From Candidatus Daviesbacteria bacterium (GTDB lineage: Bacteria > Patescibacteriota > Microgenomatia > Daviesbacterales > UBA10151): DNA of 59,012 bases. The notes below the pieces were generated by a model. The model did not search any database. It saw only the letters and a list, made by a program, of their open reading frames with translations, and was not told the origin of the DNA. The stretch lies in assembly GCA_016195715.1 (NCBI GenBank), contig JACPZA010000032.1:1-59012 (forward strand), written 5' to 3'. Below, one piece after another: positions 27,525 to 35,658 of this stretch (position 1 is its first letter; each line of letters starts with the position of its first letter). A program made the translations under genes and the position numbers.

Positions 27525-28148
27525 GAGCTGTACCGTTAAGTCGGGAAACGAGCGCAACCCGCACCGTATGTTAAATAGTTCATGCGGAACTGCCTCATTT
27601 TTTGAGGAGGAAGGCGCGGATGACGTCAAGTCAGCACGGCTCTTACACCCTGGGCTACACACACCCTACAATGGATAGTCACAACGAGTTGCAAACGGGT
27701 AACCGTAAGCTAACCTCTTAAAACTATCCTCAGTTCGGATTGAGGTCTGCAACCTGACCTCATGAAGTCGGAATTGCTAGTAATCGCGAATCAGCATGTC
27801 GCGGTGAATACGTTCTCGCCTCTTGTACACACCGCCCGTCAAGGCAGCAAAGTTGGGGGCACCCGAATCCCGGATTTATTCGGGAGAAGGTGAAACCAGC
27901 GATGAAGCTTAAGTCGTAACAAGGTATCCCTAGCCGAAGCTGGGGATGGATCACCTCCTTTCTGGAGTTTTGATTAAGCTGGAGGATTTCATAAAACCCC
28001 GCGGAGCTTTTAGCAAAGTGGGGAATGATAGCCATAGGCTTAGTCCATGATCACCTTCACGCTAGATCTAAGTAATTAGAGCTAAATGGTGATAGAAGTT
28101 TGAGAGTCTTCTTTAAAAAGCTCTCCCCACCACTTTTTTGGACACAAA

Positions 28149-28178
28149 AAAGCCTCCAAAAGGAGGCTTTAGTTTTTT
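28149..28178. terminator. Bidirectional intrinsic terminator after 16S
   Basis: AAAGCCTCC-AAAA-GGAGGCTTT flanked by A and T runs. Confidence 0.85.
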
Positions 28179-28200
28179 TATATTAAGACTTTAAAAAACT

Positions 28201-28470
28201 CTAAAGATTATTTGGATCTAAATTTTGATTAAAATCCTCAGGGCTAGCTTGATCCATCGATTGTTCCATTTTATTCAACTCAGCATTTACATCCTCGCTC
28301 ACCGGTCCATTTAGATCTTGAGATTGATTTGAATTTTGATATGAATTTTTTACTATTGGTTGTTGATAAGTTCCAGTTGTTGAATAGGGATTATTTTTGC
28401 TTTGCATTAAAAAATACCCAGCAACTAAAACTAAAGCAATAACAACTATTGTAACTGCTAATTTATTCAT
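28201..28470 (-). CDS. Small membrane-anchored protein (paralog pair, copy 2)
   Basis: N-terminal TM, Asn/Gln-rich linker, C-terminal ELNKMEQSMDQASPEDFN; SD AGGGGTGA. Confidence 0.75.
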   Translation of the reverse strand: MNKLAVTIVVIALVLVAGYFLMQSKNNPYSTTGTYQQPIVKNSYQNSNQSQDLNGPVSEDVNAELNKMEQSMDQASPEDFNQNLDPNNL

Positions 28471-28495
28471 AATATCACCCCTTTCTTTTATGGTA

Positions 28496-28747
28496 CTAAA
28501 TATTCCCGCTTGCTAAGTCTGGATCATTAAAATCATCAGGATTAGCTTGATTCATTAATTTATCTAGTCTTTGTAGCTCTGTACCTGGATCATTACTGGG
28601 TTGATTATTAATATCAGATTGACTGTTATAAGTTGGATTGTAGTTTGTGGTAGGGGAATATGAACTTTGGTTTTGTTTAATTACTAAAAAGTAAACAGCT
28701 AAAACGAGTACAATTATTAGAACTATAGGTAGAAGTAGTTTGCTCAT
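28496..28747 (-). CDS. Small membrane-anchored protein (paralog pair, copy 1)
   Basis: N-terminal TM; C-terminal ELQRLDKLMNQANPDDFN. Confidence 0.75.
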   Translation of the reverse strand: MSKLLLPIVLIIVLVLAVYFLVIKQNQSSYSPTTNYNPTYNSQSDINNQPSNDPGTELQRLDKLMNQANPDDFNDPDLASGNI

Positions 28748-28793
28748 TTATTTAATCTCCATATAAATTATACATATAAAAACAATTAACTTC

Positions 28794-28833
28794 AAGAAAA
28801 GTGGTTCCCATTTCTGGGAACCACTCTCTTTTT
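28794..28833. terminator. Intrinsic terminator hairpin
   Basis: GTGGTTCCCA-TTTC-TGGGAACCAC with A/T-rich flanks. Confidence 0.8.
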
Positions 28834-28845
28834 TAACCAGTCAAT

Positions 28846-29511
28846 TTACTGAGTGACTGGTGTAGCACTAGGTACTGGTTGGGCATTAGAACCAGAAACG
28901 CTGGCGCTAGTTTTTGGTTTGGAATCTCTGACTGCTTCCATGTCAGGTTTGATTGTACCTTTCCAATAAGCTTTAATAGCTTGGGCATCTGCAAAGACTT
29001 GCTTTAGAAGTTGTCCAGCTTCTTGGATTTTAGCTTTATATTCAGCTTTAGTACTATCGCTACATCCAATAGCTTGAGCTTCTTTCAACTTAGCAATCAC
29101 GCTGGCGTAATCTGTATTCATAGTTTGGATTTTAGTATCCATTACTTTTCCGTCTGCGCTGAGTGTGTTAAGTTTAGCTTGATCGTAACCTTTACCTTGT
29201 AATTTGTTGACTAAAGCTGTCAATCTGTCATTGACAGTTCTATAAATGCCAACTTGAAAGTTGTGTCGGTTGTCATAGTTTTTAATTCTAGCATCGACTC
29301 TTTTGGAAACATCGCAGGTAATTGAACCTGGAGTAGCATTTTTAGCATTTTCATAAAGGTTATGAGTGTTTTGAACAGCATCAATTCTTTTATCAAATTG
29401 ATTTTGGACTTGATTAAAAGTTACAGCAAAAGCTGGTGAGACAGCTGTTAGACCTAAAGATCCGATCATAGCTGCACTCAAAATAGCTGATCTAAGATTT
29501 ATATTTAACAT
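28846..29511 (-). CDS. Secreted helical protein
   Basis: Signal peptide ending AFA; strong SD AAGGAGGTGA. Confidence 0.75.
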   Translation of the reverse strand: MLNINLRSAILSAAMIGSLGLTAVSPAFAVTFNQVQNQFDKRIDAVQNTHNLYENAKNATPGSITCDVSKRVDARIKNYDNRHNFQVGIYRTVNDRLTALVNKLQGKGYDQAKLNTLSADGKVMDTKIQTMNTDYASVIAKLKEAQAIGCSDSTKAEYKAKIQEAGQLLKQVFADAQAIKAYWKGTIKPDMEAVRDSKPKTSASVSGSNAQPVPSATPVTQ

Positions 29512-29546
29512 AAATTTATCTCACCTCCTTTTAATTTCTGATAACA

Positions 29547-29580
29547 ATTTTAGCAAACAAACTTAAGAGTAACTTAAGAG
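29547..29580 (-). promoter_or_regulatory. OmpR-type tandem direct repeat (AACTTAAGAG twice, 11-bp period) upstream of a TAAAAT -10
   Basis: Repeats at 29560-29569 and 29571-29580; -10 at 29547-29552. Confidence 0.65.
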
Positions 29581-30572
29581 CTTACTGGCAACTCAATCAT
29601 GAACTTTGAGCCTTGATTAATCTTACTTTCAGCGCTTAAACTTCCGCCATGACTTTCAACAATCTTTTTAGCAATGCTTAAACCTAAGCCAGAACCCTTA
29701 TAAGATAAATTTACCTCACTGCGATAGAATCTGTCAAAGATATGATCTAGGTCTTTTTCTGGAATACCTATACCATAATCTTTGACTTCGATGATGGCAT
29801 TAGATTTTTTCTCAAAACAAGTAATAATAACTGATTTTTGAGCCGGAGTATATTTAATTGCATTATCCAGCAAAATTATAATGGCTTGTTTGATCTCATC
29901 CATATTACCTAACACGCTGATTTTTGAGTCTGGTTTAAATCTTAAATCTATCCCTTTTTGCAAAGCTAAACTTGCCATTTTAGCAACACTTAGTCTGGCT
30001 GCTTCAGTTAAATCAAATATTTGCCAGTGTTTTTTAGAAGTTGAAGTTTCTGATCTAAATGAAGCGAGTAATCCATCCACTAACTCAGCCATTTTTTTAA
30101 CTTCCTCTTCAATGCTTACAAGTGTAGTTTTAATTTTTTCTGGAATGTGTTTTTGAGTTCGCTGCAAAGCGATAATTTCCATACCTATCGTAGTGAGGGG
30201 AGTGCGTAGTTCATGAGATGCATCAGCCGCAAATTCTTGCTGTTTAATTAACATTTCTCTAATTGGACGCAGTGTCCTACCGCTTAAAAAAAAGCTTAAA
30301 ATGGCTGAGATTAAAAGCGAGATTGCATCAAAAGTTAGCAACCTTGCCCGATAATTATCTTCAAACTCATTAATTCTAATCTCAAGCAAACTAGTTAAGC
30401 GCGGTCTAGTAGTGGGATTACCTAAAACCGTTTGGATTCTTCTAAAAGCTCGCTGCTCCGCTTGAACTGCTGCAAAAGTAAATATTGCCAGCATAAAAAA
30501 ACTAATTAAAATATACCAAGCTGTTAATTTTAAGCGAGCCTTTGTAAATTCAGAAAGATTTATATCAAACAT
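29574..30572 (-). CDS. Sensor histidine kinase (2 TM, short loop)
   Basis: H-box ADASHELRTPL, N-box LLDNAIKY, G1 DYGIGI, FDRFYR and G2 GSGLGL. Confidence 0.95.
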   Translation of the reverse strand: MFDINLSEFTKARLKLTAWYILISFFMLAIFTFAAVQAEQRAFRRIQTVLGNPTTRPRLTSLLEIRINEFEDNYRARLLTFDAISLLISAILSFFLSGRTLRPIREMLIKQQEFAADASHELRTPLTTIGMEIIALQRTQKHIPEKIKTTLVSIEEEVKKMAELVDGLLASFRSETSTSKKHWQIFDLTEAARLSVAKMASLALQKGIDLRFKPDSKISVLGNMDEIKQAIIILLDNAIKYTPAQKSVIITCFEKKSNAIIEVKDYGIGIPEKDLDHIFDRFYRSEVNLSYKGSGLGLSIAKKIVESHGGSLSAESKINQGSKFMIELPVSS

Positions 30573-30580
30573 AACTTATT

Positions 30581-30638
30581 GTACTTCTCGACTATCGCTC
30601 GAAGAATAATTTATTGTTCGACCGAAGTGGAGAACTAC
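30581..30638. repeat. REP-like imperfect inverted repeat between response regulator and kinase
   Basis: TTCTCGACTATCGCTCGAA ... TTCGACCGAAGTGGAGAA arms. Confidence 0.6.
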
Positions 30639-30639
30639 T

Positions 30640-31314
30640 TTAAACTCCTATTTTATAGCCTAAACCTTTAATTGTTTTAATCAAAGGTTTGTCTTTTGGG
30701 AAAGCTTTGTCAACTTTAACCCGCAAATAGCCAATGTAGACATCAATTACATTGGAAAATGGATCTAAATCAATATCCCAAACATGATCAATAATTTGTT
30801 GTTTGGATAAAATTTGACCTTTATTACGCATTAAAAATTCAAGCAAAGCGTACTCTTTAGCAGATAAAGCCAGTTCTTTGCCAGCTCTTTTAACAATATG
30901 AGAACTTGGATCAAGAGATAAATTATCCACTGTAAAAACTAATTCTTTATCAGAAGTTTTGCGACGAAGTAGCGAGCGAATTCGAGCCAGTAACTCTTCA
31001 AAATCAAAAGGTTTAATCAAATAATCATCTGCACCAGCATCTAACCCTTCAACTTTATTAGATATGGCATCTTTGGCAGTTAACATTAAAATTGGAGTTT
31101 TAACTTTTTCAGCTCTTAAAGCTTTGGCAATTTCAACTCCATCCATACTAGGTAAACCTAAATCTAAAATAATCAGATCATACTCTTCACCAAAAGCCAG
31201 TTCATAGCCTTCCTTACCATCAAAACTAGCATCCACTGCATAACTTTCTGCCTCCAAAGCTTTTTTAATAGAATTAGCTAACTTTTCCTCATCTTCCACC
31301 AGTAAAATACGCAT
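30640..31314 (-). CDS. OmpR/PhoB-family response regulator
   Basis: LLVEDE, ILDLGLP (phospho-Asp), MLTA, GADDYLIKPF and a winged-helix C-terminus. Confidence 0.96.
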   Translation of the reverse strand: MRILLVEDEEKLANSIKKALEAESYAVDASFDGKEGYELAFGEEYDLIILDLGLPSMDGVEIAKALRAEKVKTPILMLTAKDAISNKVEGLDAGADDYLIKPFDFEELLARIRSLLRRKTSDKELVFTVDNLSLDPSSHIVKRAGKELALSAKEYALLEFLMRNKGQILSKQQIIDHVWDIDLDPFSNVIDVYIGYLRVKVDKAFPKDKPLIKTIKGLGYKIGV

Positions 31315-31320
31315 GATTTA

Positions 31321-31352
31321 ATTATACCGCTTCTCCTAAGAAGAAGCTAAGA
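31321..31352 (-). promoter_or_regulatory. Response regulator promoter: TATAAT plus TAAGA-N6-TAAGA repeat (autoregulation candidate)
   Basis: CTAAGA at 31336-31341 and 31347-31352; TATAAT at 31321-31326, 6 nt from the ATG. Confidence 0.55.
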
Positions 31353-31383
31353 GTTAAGCTTTGTGCTAAAATCGACTAACTAT

Positions 31384-31454
31384 GGCCTGGTGGCGGAGTG
31401 GTTACGCAGCGGTCTGCAAAACCGCGTACACCGGTTCAATTCCGGTCCAGGCCT
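31384..31454 (+). tRNA. tRNA-Cys(GCA), CCA not encoded
   Basis: Acceptor GGCCTGG/CCAGGCC, anticodon arm GCGGT-CTGCAAA-ACCGC, T-loop TTCAAT, U discriminator. Confidence 0.93.
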
Positions 31455-31509
31455 CAAACTTGAGGTTTTTGTTGCTTTTTCTCCCCTATAGTCTATATAA
31501 TCTCCTATT

Positions 31510-32505
31510 ATGATTGAACATAAACGTTTTGCTCTTCTTTTCCCTGGTCAGGGTGCACAGAAAAAAGGTATGGGTGAAAAGTTATATGAGATGAGCCCGT
31601 ATGCTAGAAAAGTTTTTGATGATGCTGATGCAATTTGTCGTAGGCTTAATCTTGGTTTTGATGTAACAGAAGTTTGTTTCAGAGATCCTAAAAATCAACT
31701 AACTGGCGATAATGCAGATACAGCAGTAATTCAGCCCACTTTACTTACCTATTGTGTTGCCACATACACTCATTTGAATAAAACAGGTATGTCTCAACCA
31801 GATATCTTGTTGGGTCAGAGTGCAGGCAAATATTCAGCTTTAGTTGCAAGTGATTCTTGGGATTTAGAACAAGGTCTTGAATATGTGAGTAAAAGGGGAG
31901 TTGTCATGAAAGAAGCTAAAGATGATCTTAAAGCTGCAGCGGTTTTAGTAGTAGGTTTAGAATATCAGAGAATACAAGAAGAATTAAAAAGATTACAAAC
32001 AGCTTGGGGAATCCCTGATTCAGGAATATTTTTTGAATTGACGGGTGTTAATACGAGGTTACAATCTATGATAGCCGGCCCAAGAGATAGGCTTCAAGAT
32101 GTAATAAAGGCGCTTAAAGCAGAAGGTGCAAGAATGGTTCAAGAATATAAAGAAGCACCTCCTTCTCATTGGCGTAAATTAGAACCAGCTCAAAATCAAT
32201 TAAACAGTTCTAGGCTAAGATATAGAAAACCGAGAATAAAATTATTAGATGATCTCACTACTACAGTAATGGATAGGGTAGAACAGCTTGAAATTTCAGT
32301 GAATACGCACTTGATAGGACCACAACTTTGGATTGCTAGTATGCATTATTTAAGAGACGAAGGGTTTGAAAGAGCGGTAGAAATTGGTCCAGGTAACTTA
32401 TTACAAAATATAGCCCAAAGAGAATATCCAGGACTCAAAGTTCATACTACAGATTCTTGGGAAAATATAGAAGCAACACATAGTTTTTTGACAGCAGAAA
32501 CTTAG
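31510..32505 (+). CDS. fabD: FabD-like acyltransferase (malonyl-CoA:ACP transacylase family), divergent
   Basis: FPGQGAQ, QP.L, GQSAG (catalytic Ser), KRG and EIGPG motifs. Confidence 0.75.
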   Translation: MIEHKRFALLFPGQGAQKKGMGEKLYEMSPYARKVFDDADAICRRLNLGFDVTEVCFRDPKNQLTGDNADTAVIQPTLLTYCVATYTHLNKTGMSQPDILLGQSAGKYSALVASDSWDLEQGLEYVSKRGVVMKEAKDDLKAAAVLVVGLEYQRIQEELKRLQTAWGIPDSGIFFELTGVNTRLQSMIAGPRDRLQDVIKALKAEGARMVQEYKEAPPSHWRKLEPAQNQLNSSRLRYRKPRIKLLDDLTTTVMDRVEQLEISVNTHLIGPQLWIASMHYLRDEGFERAVEIGPGNLLQNIAQREYPGLKVHTTDSWENIEATHSFLTAET

Positions 32506-32576
32506 CTTCCAAAACTTGATAAAAATATCTGCAAACCGTAAAATATCCTGAGTTCCTTTAAGCAATTAGCATATTT

Positions 32577-32651
32577 GGGCAGTTAGTTCAGCGGTAGAAC
32601 GCTTCTCTGATAAAGAAGAGGCGAATGGTTCGACTCCATTACTGCCCACCA
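32577..32651 (+). tRNA. tRNA-Ile(GAT)
   Basis: Acceptor GGGCAGT/ACTGCCC, anticodon arm CTTCT-CTGATAA-AGAAG, encoded ACCA. Confidence 0.95.
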
Positions 32652-32687
32652 AATATTTTAGCAATTTCTTTGAAATTGGAAAGACTA

Positions 32688-32718
32688 GGTCAATGGTTCG
32701 ATCCCATTTGCGCCCACA
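32688..32718 (+). pseudogene. Isolated tRNA 3' half (T arm plus acceptor strand)
   Basis: GGTC-AATGG-TTCGATC-CCATT-TGCGCCC-ACA with no matching 5' half upstream. Confidence 0.6.
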
Positions 32719-32779
32719 ATTTTTACTTGTTTTTATCTTCTAAATATCCTATAATATATGATATACTTAAATTTATCAT

Positions 32780-33778
32780 ATGATTGAAACAAAAAATGTA
32801 CTTCCAGGCAGAAATCCAGAATGGTATCCTGTCTATCGCTTAAAGTTACTTAAGCCCGATCAAATGGAACTTTTAGCTGAGGTAACAAAATACCCTGGTC
32901 TTTTAAAATCATCTTTTAGATTAACAAGGGCATTAGGAATGCCCAGAGTAGTTTTGACACGTAGTTTATCAGAGCTTTGTGGTGTTTTAGGAGCTGATAG
33001 GTGGGAAGCAACTGAACTTTACCAAAGATTTACTGATGTGCAAGTACCAACAGATTCTGCCACGGTAGAGCAAGTTATGACAATAGATTACTCATTAGCT
33101 CCTAAAGAAGAAAAGATATTAAAACTAGCAGCATTAGGTTTTAGCGTTCAAGAAACTGCCAATACTTTGAATACAGGTGTAGAGAATATTAAGAATGTGC
33201 GTACAAGAATTCTGAATAAAATGACAGCACCAACTATGGTTGAAGCAGTAATAAAAGGGATAGATACGGGTAAGATCGATCCAGAGGAGCTAGTTGAAGG
33301 TTATGATATCACTAGGTTTGATAATTTAACTATTTCGGAACTTGTTCTGCTTGCAACCTTGGTTGAACAAGCTAGAAGAGATTTAGCTGATAAAACAGTT
33401 AAAAACCGCATAGCAGATCTCTATAAAAAAATAGGAATTAATCCTAATAGAGCTAGATTAGCTGGGCTTTTTCGTAGTTATCAGATTTTTTTAGAGCAAG
33501 CAGATGTACCAAAAACCACAGAGACTAAACAACAACTTGCTTTTCTAACTTATGATCAATTACGCTTAATAGAAGCTTTAATCGCTGGCACCAGATTAGG
33601 AGATTCATCAAATCGATATATAGCAGATATCATGGGTTTACCAGTATCAACGATCAAACGTAGATTATATGACATCTTTGCTGTTTTAGGAGTTAATTCA
33701 AGGTATGAATTAGCTAGTAAATATTTGACTAATAGATTACCTACTCAAATAAATAACAACCAAAATGGTGTTTATTAA
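32780..33778 (+). CDS. Transcriptional regulator built from tandem LuxR-type HTH units
   Basis: LAPKEEKILKLAALG.S..E.A..L..G...IK....RI..KM and LT..QL..I..L..G..SNRYIA..MG...TIKRRL..IF..LGVNSR units. Confidence 0.75.
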   Translation: MIETKNVLPGRNPEWYPVYRLKLLKPDQMELLAEVTKYPGLLKSSFRLTRALGMPRVVLTRSLSELCGVLGADRWEATELYQRFTDVQVPTDSATVEQVMTIDYSLAPKEEKILKLAALGFSVQETANTLNTGVENIKNVRTRILNKMTAPTMVEAVIKGIDTGKIDPEELVEGYDITRFDNLTISELVLLATLVEQARRDLADKTVKNRIADLYKKIGINPNRARLAGLFRSYQIFLEQADVPKTTETKQQLAFLTYDQLRLIEALIAGTRLGDSSNRYIADIMGLPVSTIKRRLYDIFAVLGVNSRYELASKYLTNRLPTQINNNQNGVY

Positions 33779-34128
33779 TTTATTTAATTTGACAACCTCA
33801 TAATTCTAGATCTATAGTAGATTTGTAGGGGGTGAGAGCCATGTATTTTGGCAGTGATCCATAAATCCCTAGCTTCAGACTTTAATAGCCTTAATTTTAA
33901 GGCTTAACTCAAAGAAAAGAATTTTTTCGTCTGCACTCTTTTCTTAAAGCTAATATTCAAGCTTAAACTTACAAGCTTTAAAATTGAGGTTTAAAACTGC
34001 TTTAAATAGCAAATTTTCTATTAGCTTTAATTCTAGAAATAAAGCTACTTAGTTAAATTTAATTTTTTCCTTTAAATTAGGAAGGTATTTTTTTGATTAA
34101 ACAAAGTTGAAAAGTTTACTCAAAGAAA

Positions 34129-34639
34129 CTAGTCTAAATAATCTCTAAATTTTTGTAAAACTGCTAGATTTCTCAGCTTAAGCAGAGCTACTCTTTCAAT
34201 TTGATAAACTCTATCTCTGCCAATTGCTAATTCCTCACCAACTTCTCTTAAAGTCATTTCTGGTTTGCCATTTAAACCAAACCTCATTTTTATAACTTGT
34301 TGTTCTCTGGTTAGCTTGTAGATTAGGATCTACTAACTCTTTTTTAGCTGTCACTCCTCGTTCTAAATCTTGAGCTAATTTAATTTCTTCTCTAGCTGTT
34401 AGTAAAGGGATTCTAGAAATCTCATTCAAATAAAGAGCTAAAGGAGTTAGTAATTCATCATCATCTTCAGCTTGTCTTTGAACAGGCCTTTTTTGTACTA
34501 ATAATACAAGAGGTCTAGCAGCCTCAGTAATTGGATCACCTCCTTCAATATTTTGGTAGTGTCTAAAACCATTTACTAAAGCTGGAGCTGGTTCAACCTC
34601 AGTAAATAATAAGCCATTTGGTTCAAATTCTGCAGTCAT
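34129..34639 (-). pseudogene. Internally deleted sigma70 paralog: region 1.2 joined out of frame to region 4; regions 2-3 absent
   Basis: Frame 1 encodes LALYLNEISRIPLLTAREEIKLA. The +1 frame from about 34308 encodes REQQVIKMRFGLNGKPEMTLREVGEELAIGRDRVYQIERVALLKLR..RDYLD, stop at 34129. Confidence 0.85.
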
Positions 34640-34668
34640 AAGATGAATTTTTAAGTTATTAGGATAGC

Positions 34669-35658
34669 CTAAATTAGATATTTAGTCCACCTAGCAAAAA
34701 TTCCAGTGGATAATAATCTGTTGCCAGAACTCTCTTTTAAAGCCAGCTCTCCAGATTCAATTTGTCCCCCCAAAGAACCTACAAAATCCTTTAAAATATT
34801 TTCTAGCATTAAAGATGAAGAAGAAATAGCATAAGCATTAACTATTACAAATAGCGGGTTAGGAGAGAGAAGTTGGGTGCAAATATCTAAAAGCTCTGGG
34901 AAGTTTTTATTAAAATCCCACACTTCACCCTTTGGTCCATGCCCATAAATTGGTGGATCCATTAAAATTCCATCATATTTCACGCCTCTTTTTAACTCTC
35001 TTTGAACAAACTTTAAGCAATCATCTAGAATCCAGCGAATCGGTTTGCCTTCTAAGTTAGAAAGCTTTTGATTTTCCCTGGCCCAACCAATAGTGGGGTA
35101 AGAGCCGTCAACATGAGTGACTTTTGCTCCAGCTTTGGCTGCAACTAAAGAGGCAATACCAGTATAGCCAAAAAGATTTAGGATATTAGGTTGATCTAGA
35201 CGGGGTCCTGCCAGCTCGCAGCCCCATTCGACCTCCTCGGATGCACTGCGGGGGCTCAATGGGGCGCCCCGCTTGCTGTCACCCCTCTGCAGCCTTTTCT
35301 GAATTAATTCATTTATCCACTCCCAATGAACAGCTTGTTCTGGGAAAACACCAGTGTGTTTAAAAGGGGAAAGCTTAATTTGAAAAGATATATCCTGATA
35401 GTTTATAACCCATTTTTCAGGTATATTTTTTACTCGCTTCCAAATACCTCTTATGTTAGGGCTTTTAGGGCTGTTTGGAGATGAAGTACTATAAATTGCG
35501 TCAGCTTTTTGCCACTTTGACTTAGCTAATTTTGGTTTCCAAATAATTTGCGGATCTGGTCTAACTAAAACAAATTTGCCAAACCTCTCCAGCCTTTTTC
35601 CATCACCAGAATCTAGTAATTCATAGTCTGATAAGGAATTTGAGGCCAGTATTTTCAT
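34669..35658 (-). CDS. Class I SAM-dependent methyltransferase (RlmI/RlmK-related), start MKILAS at 35658, with an in-frame insertion
   Basis: YELLDSG..RLERFG, TGVFPEQ, LNLFGYTG and DPP..G motifs; TAATG coupling to the sigma factor stop. Confidence 0.85.
   Translation of the reverse strand: MKILASNSLSDYELLDSGDGKRLERFGKFVLVRPDPQIIWKPKLAKSKWQKADAIYSTSSPNSPKSPNIRGIWKRVKNIPEKWVINYQDISFQIKLSPFKHTGVFPEQAVHWEWINELIQKRLQRGDSKRGAPLSPRSASEEVEWGCELAGPRLDQPNILNLFGYTGIASLVAAKAGAKVTHVDGSYPTIGWARENQKLSNLEGKPIRWILDDCLKFVQRELKRGVKYDGILMDPPIYGHGPKGEVWDFNKNFPELLDICTQLLSPNPLFVIVNAYAISSSSLMLENILKDFVGSLGGQIESGELALKESSGNRLLSTGIFARWTKYLI
35200..35284. repeat. GC-rich structured intragenic element, copy 1 (antisense to the host CDS)
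   Basis: 74/82 nt identical to 51570-51651; read as GDSKRGAPLSPRSASEEVEWGCELAGPR inside the methyltransferase. Confidence 0.9.

Noticed and set aside
25782-28035. Minus-strand ORFs at 25782, 26515, 27360 and 27760
   Set aside because: They are antisense shadows of 16S rRNA and intron sequence.
33825-34130. Possible tmRNA (starts GGGGGTGA)
   Set aside because: No TCGAC after the 5' end and no T-arm/acceptor 3' end.
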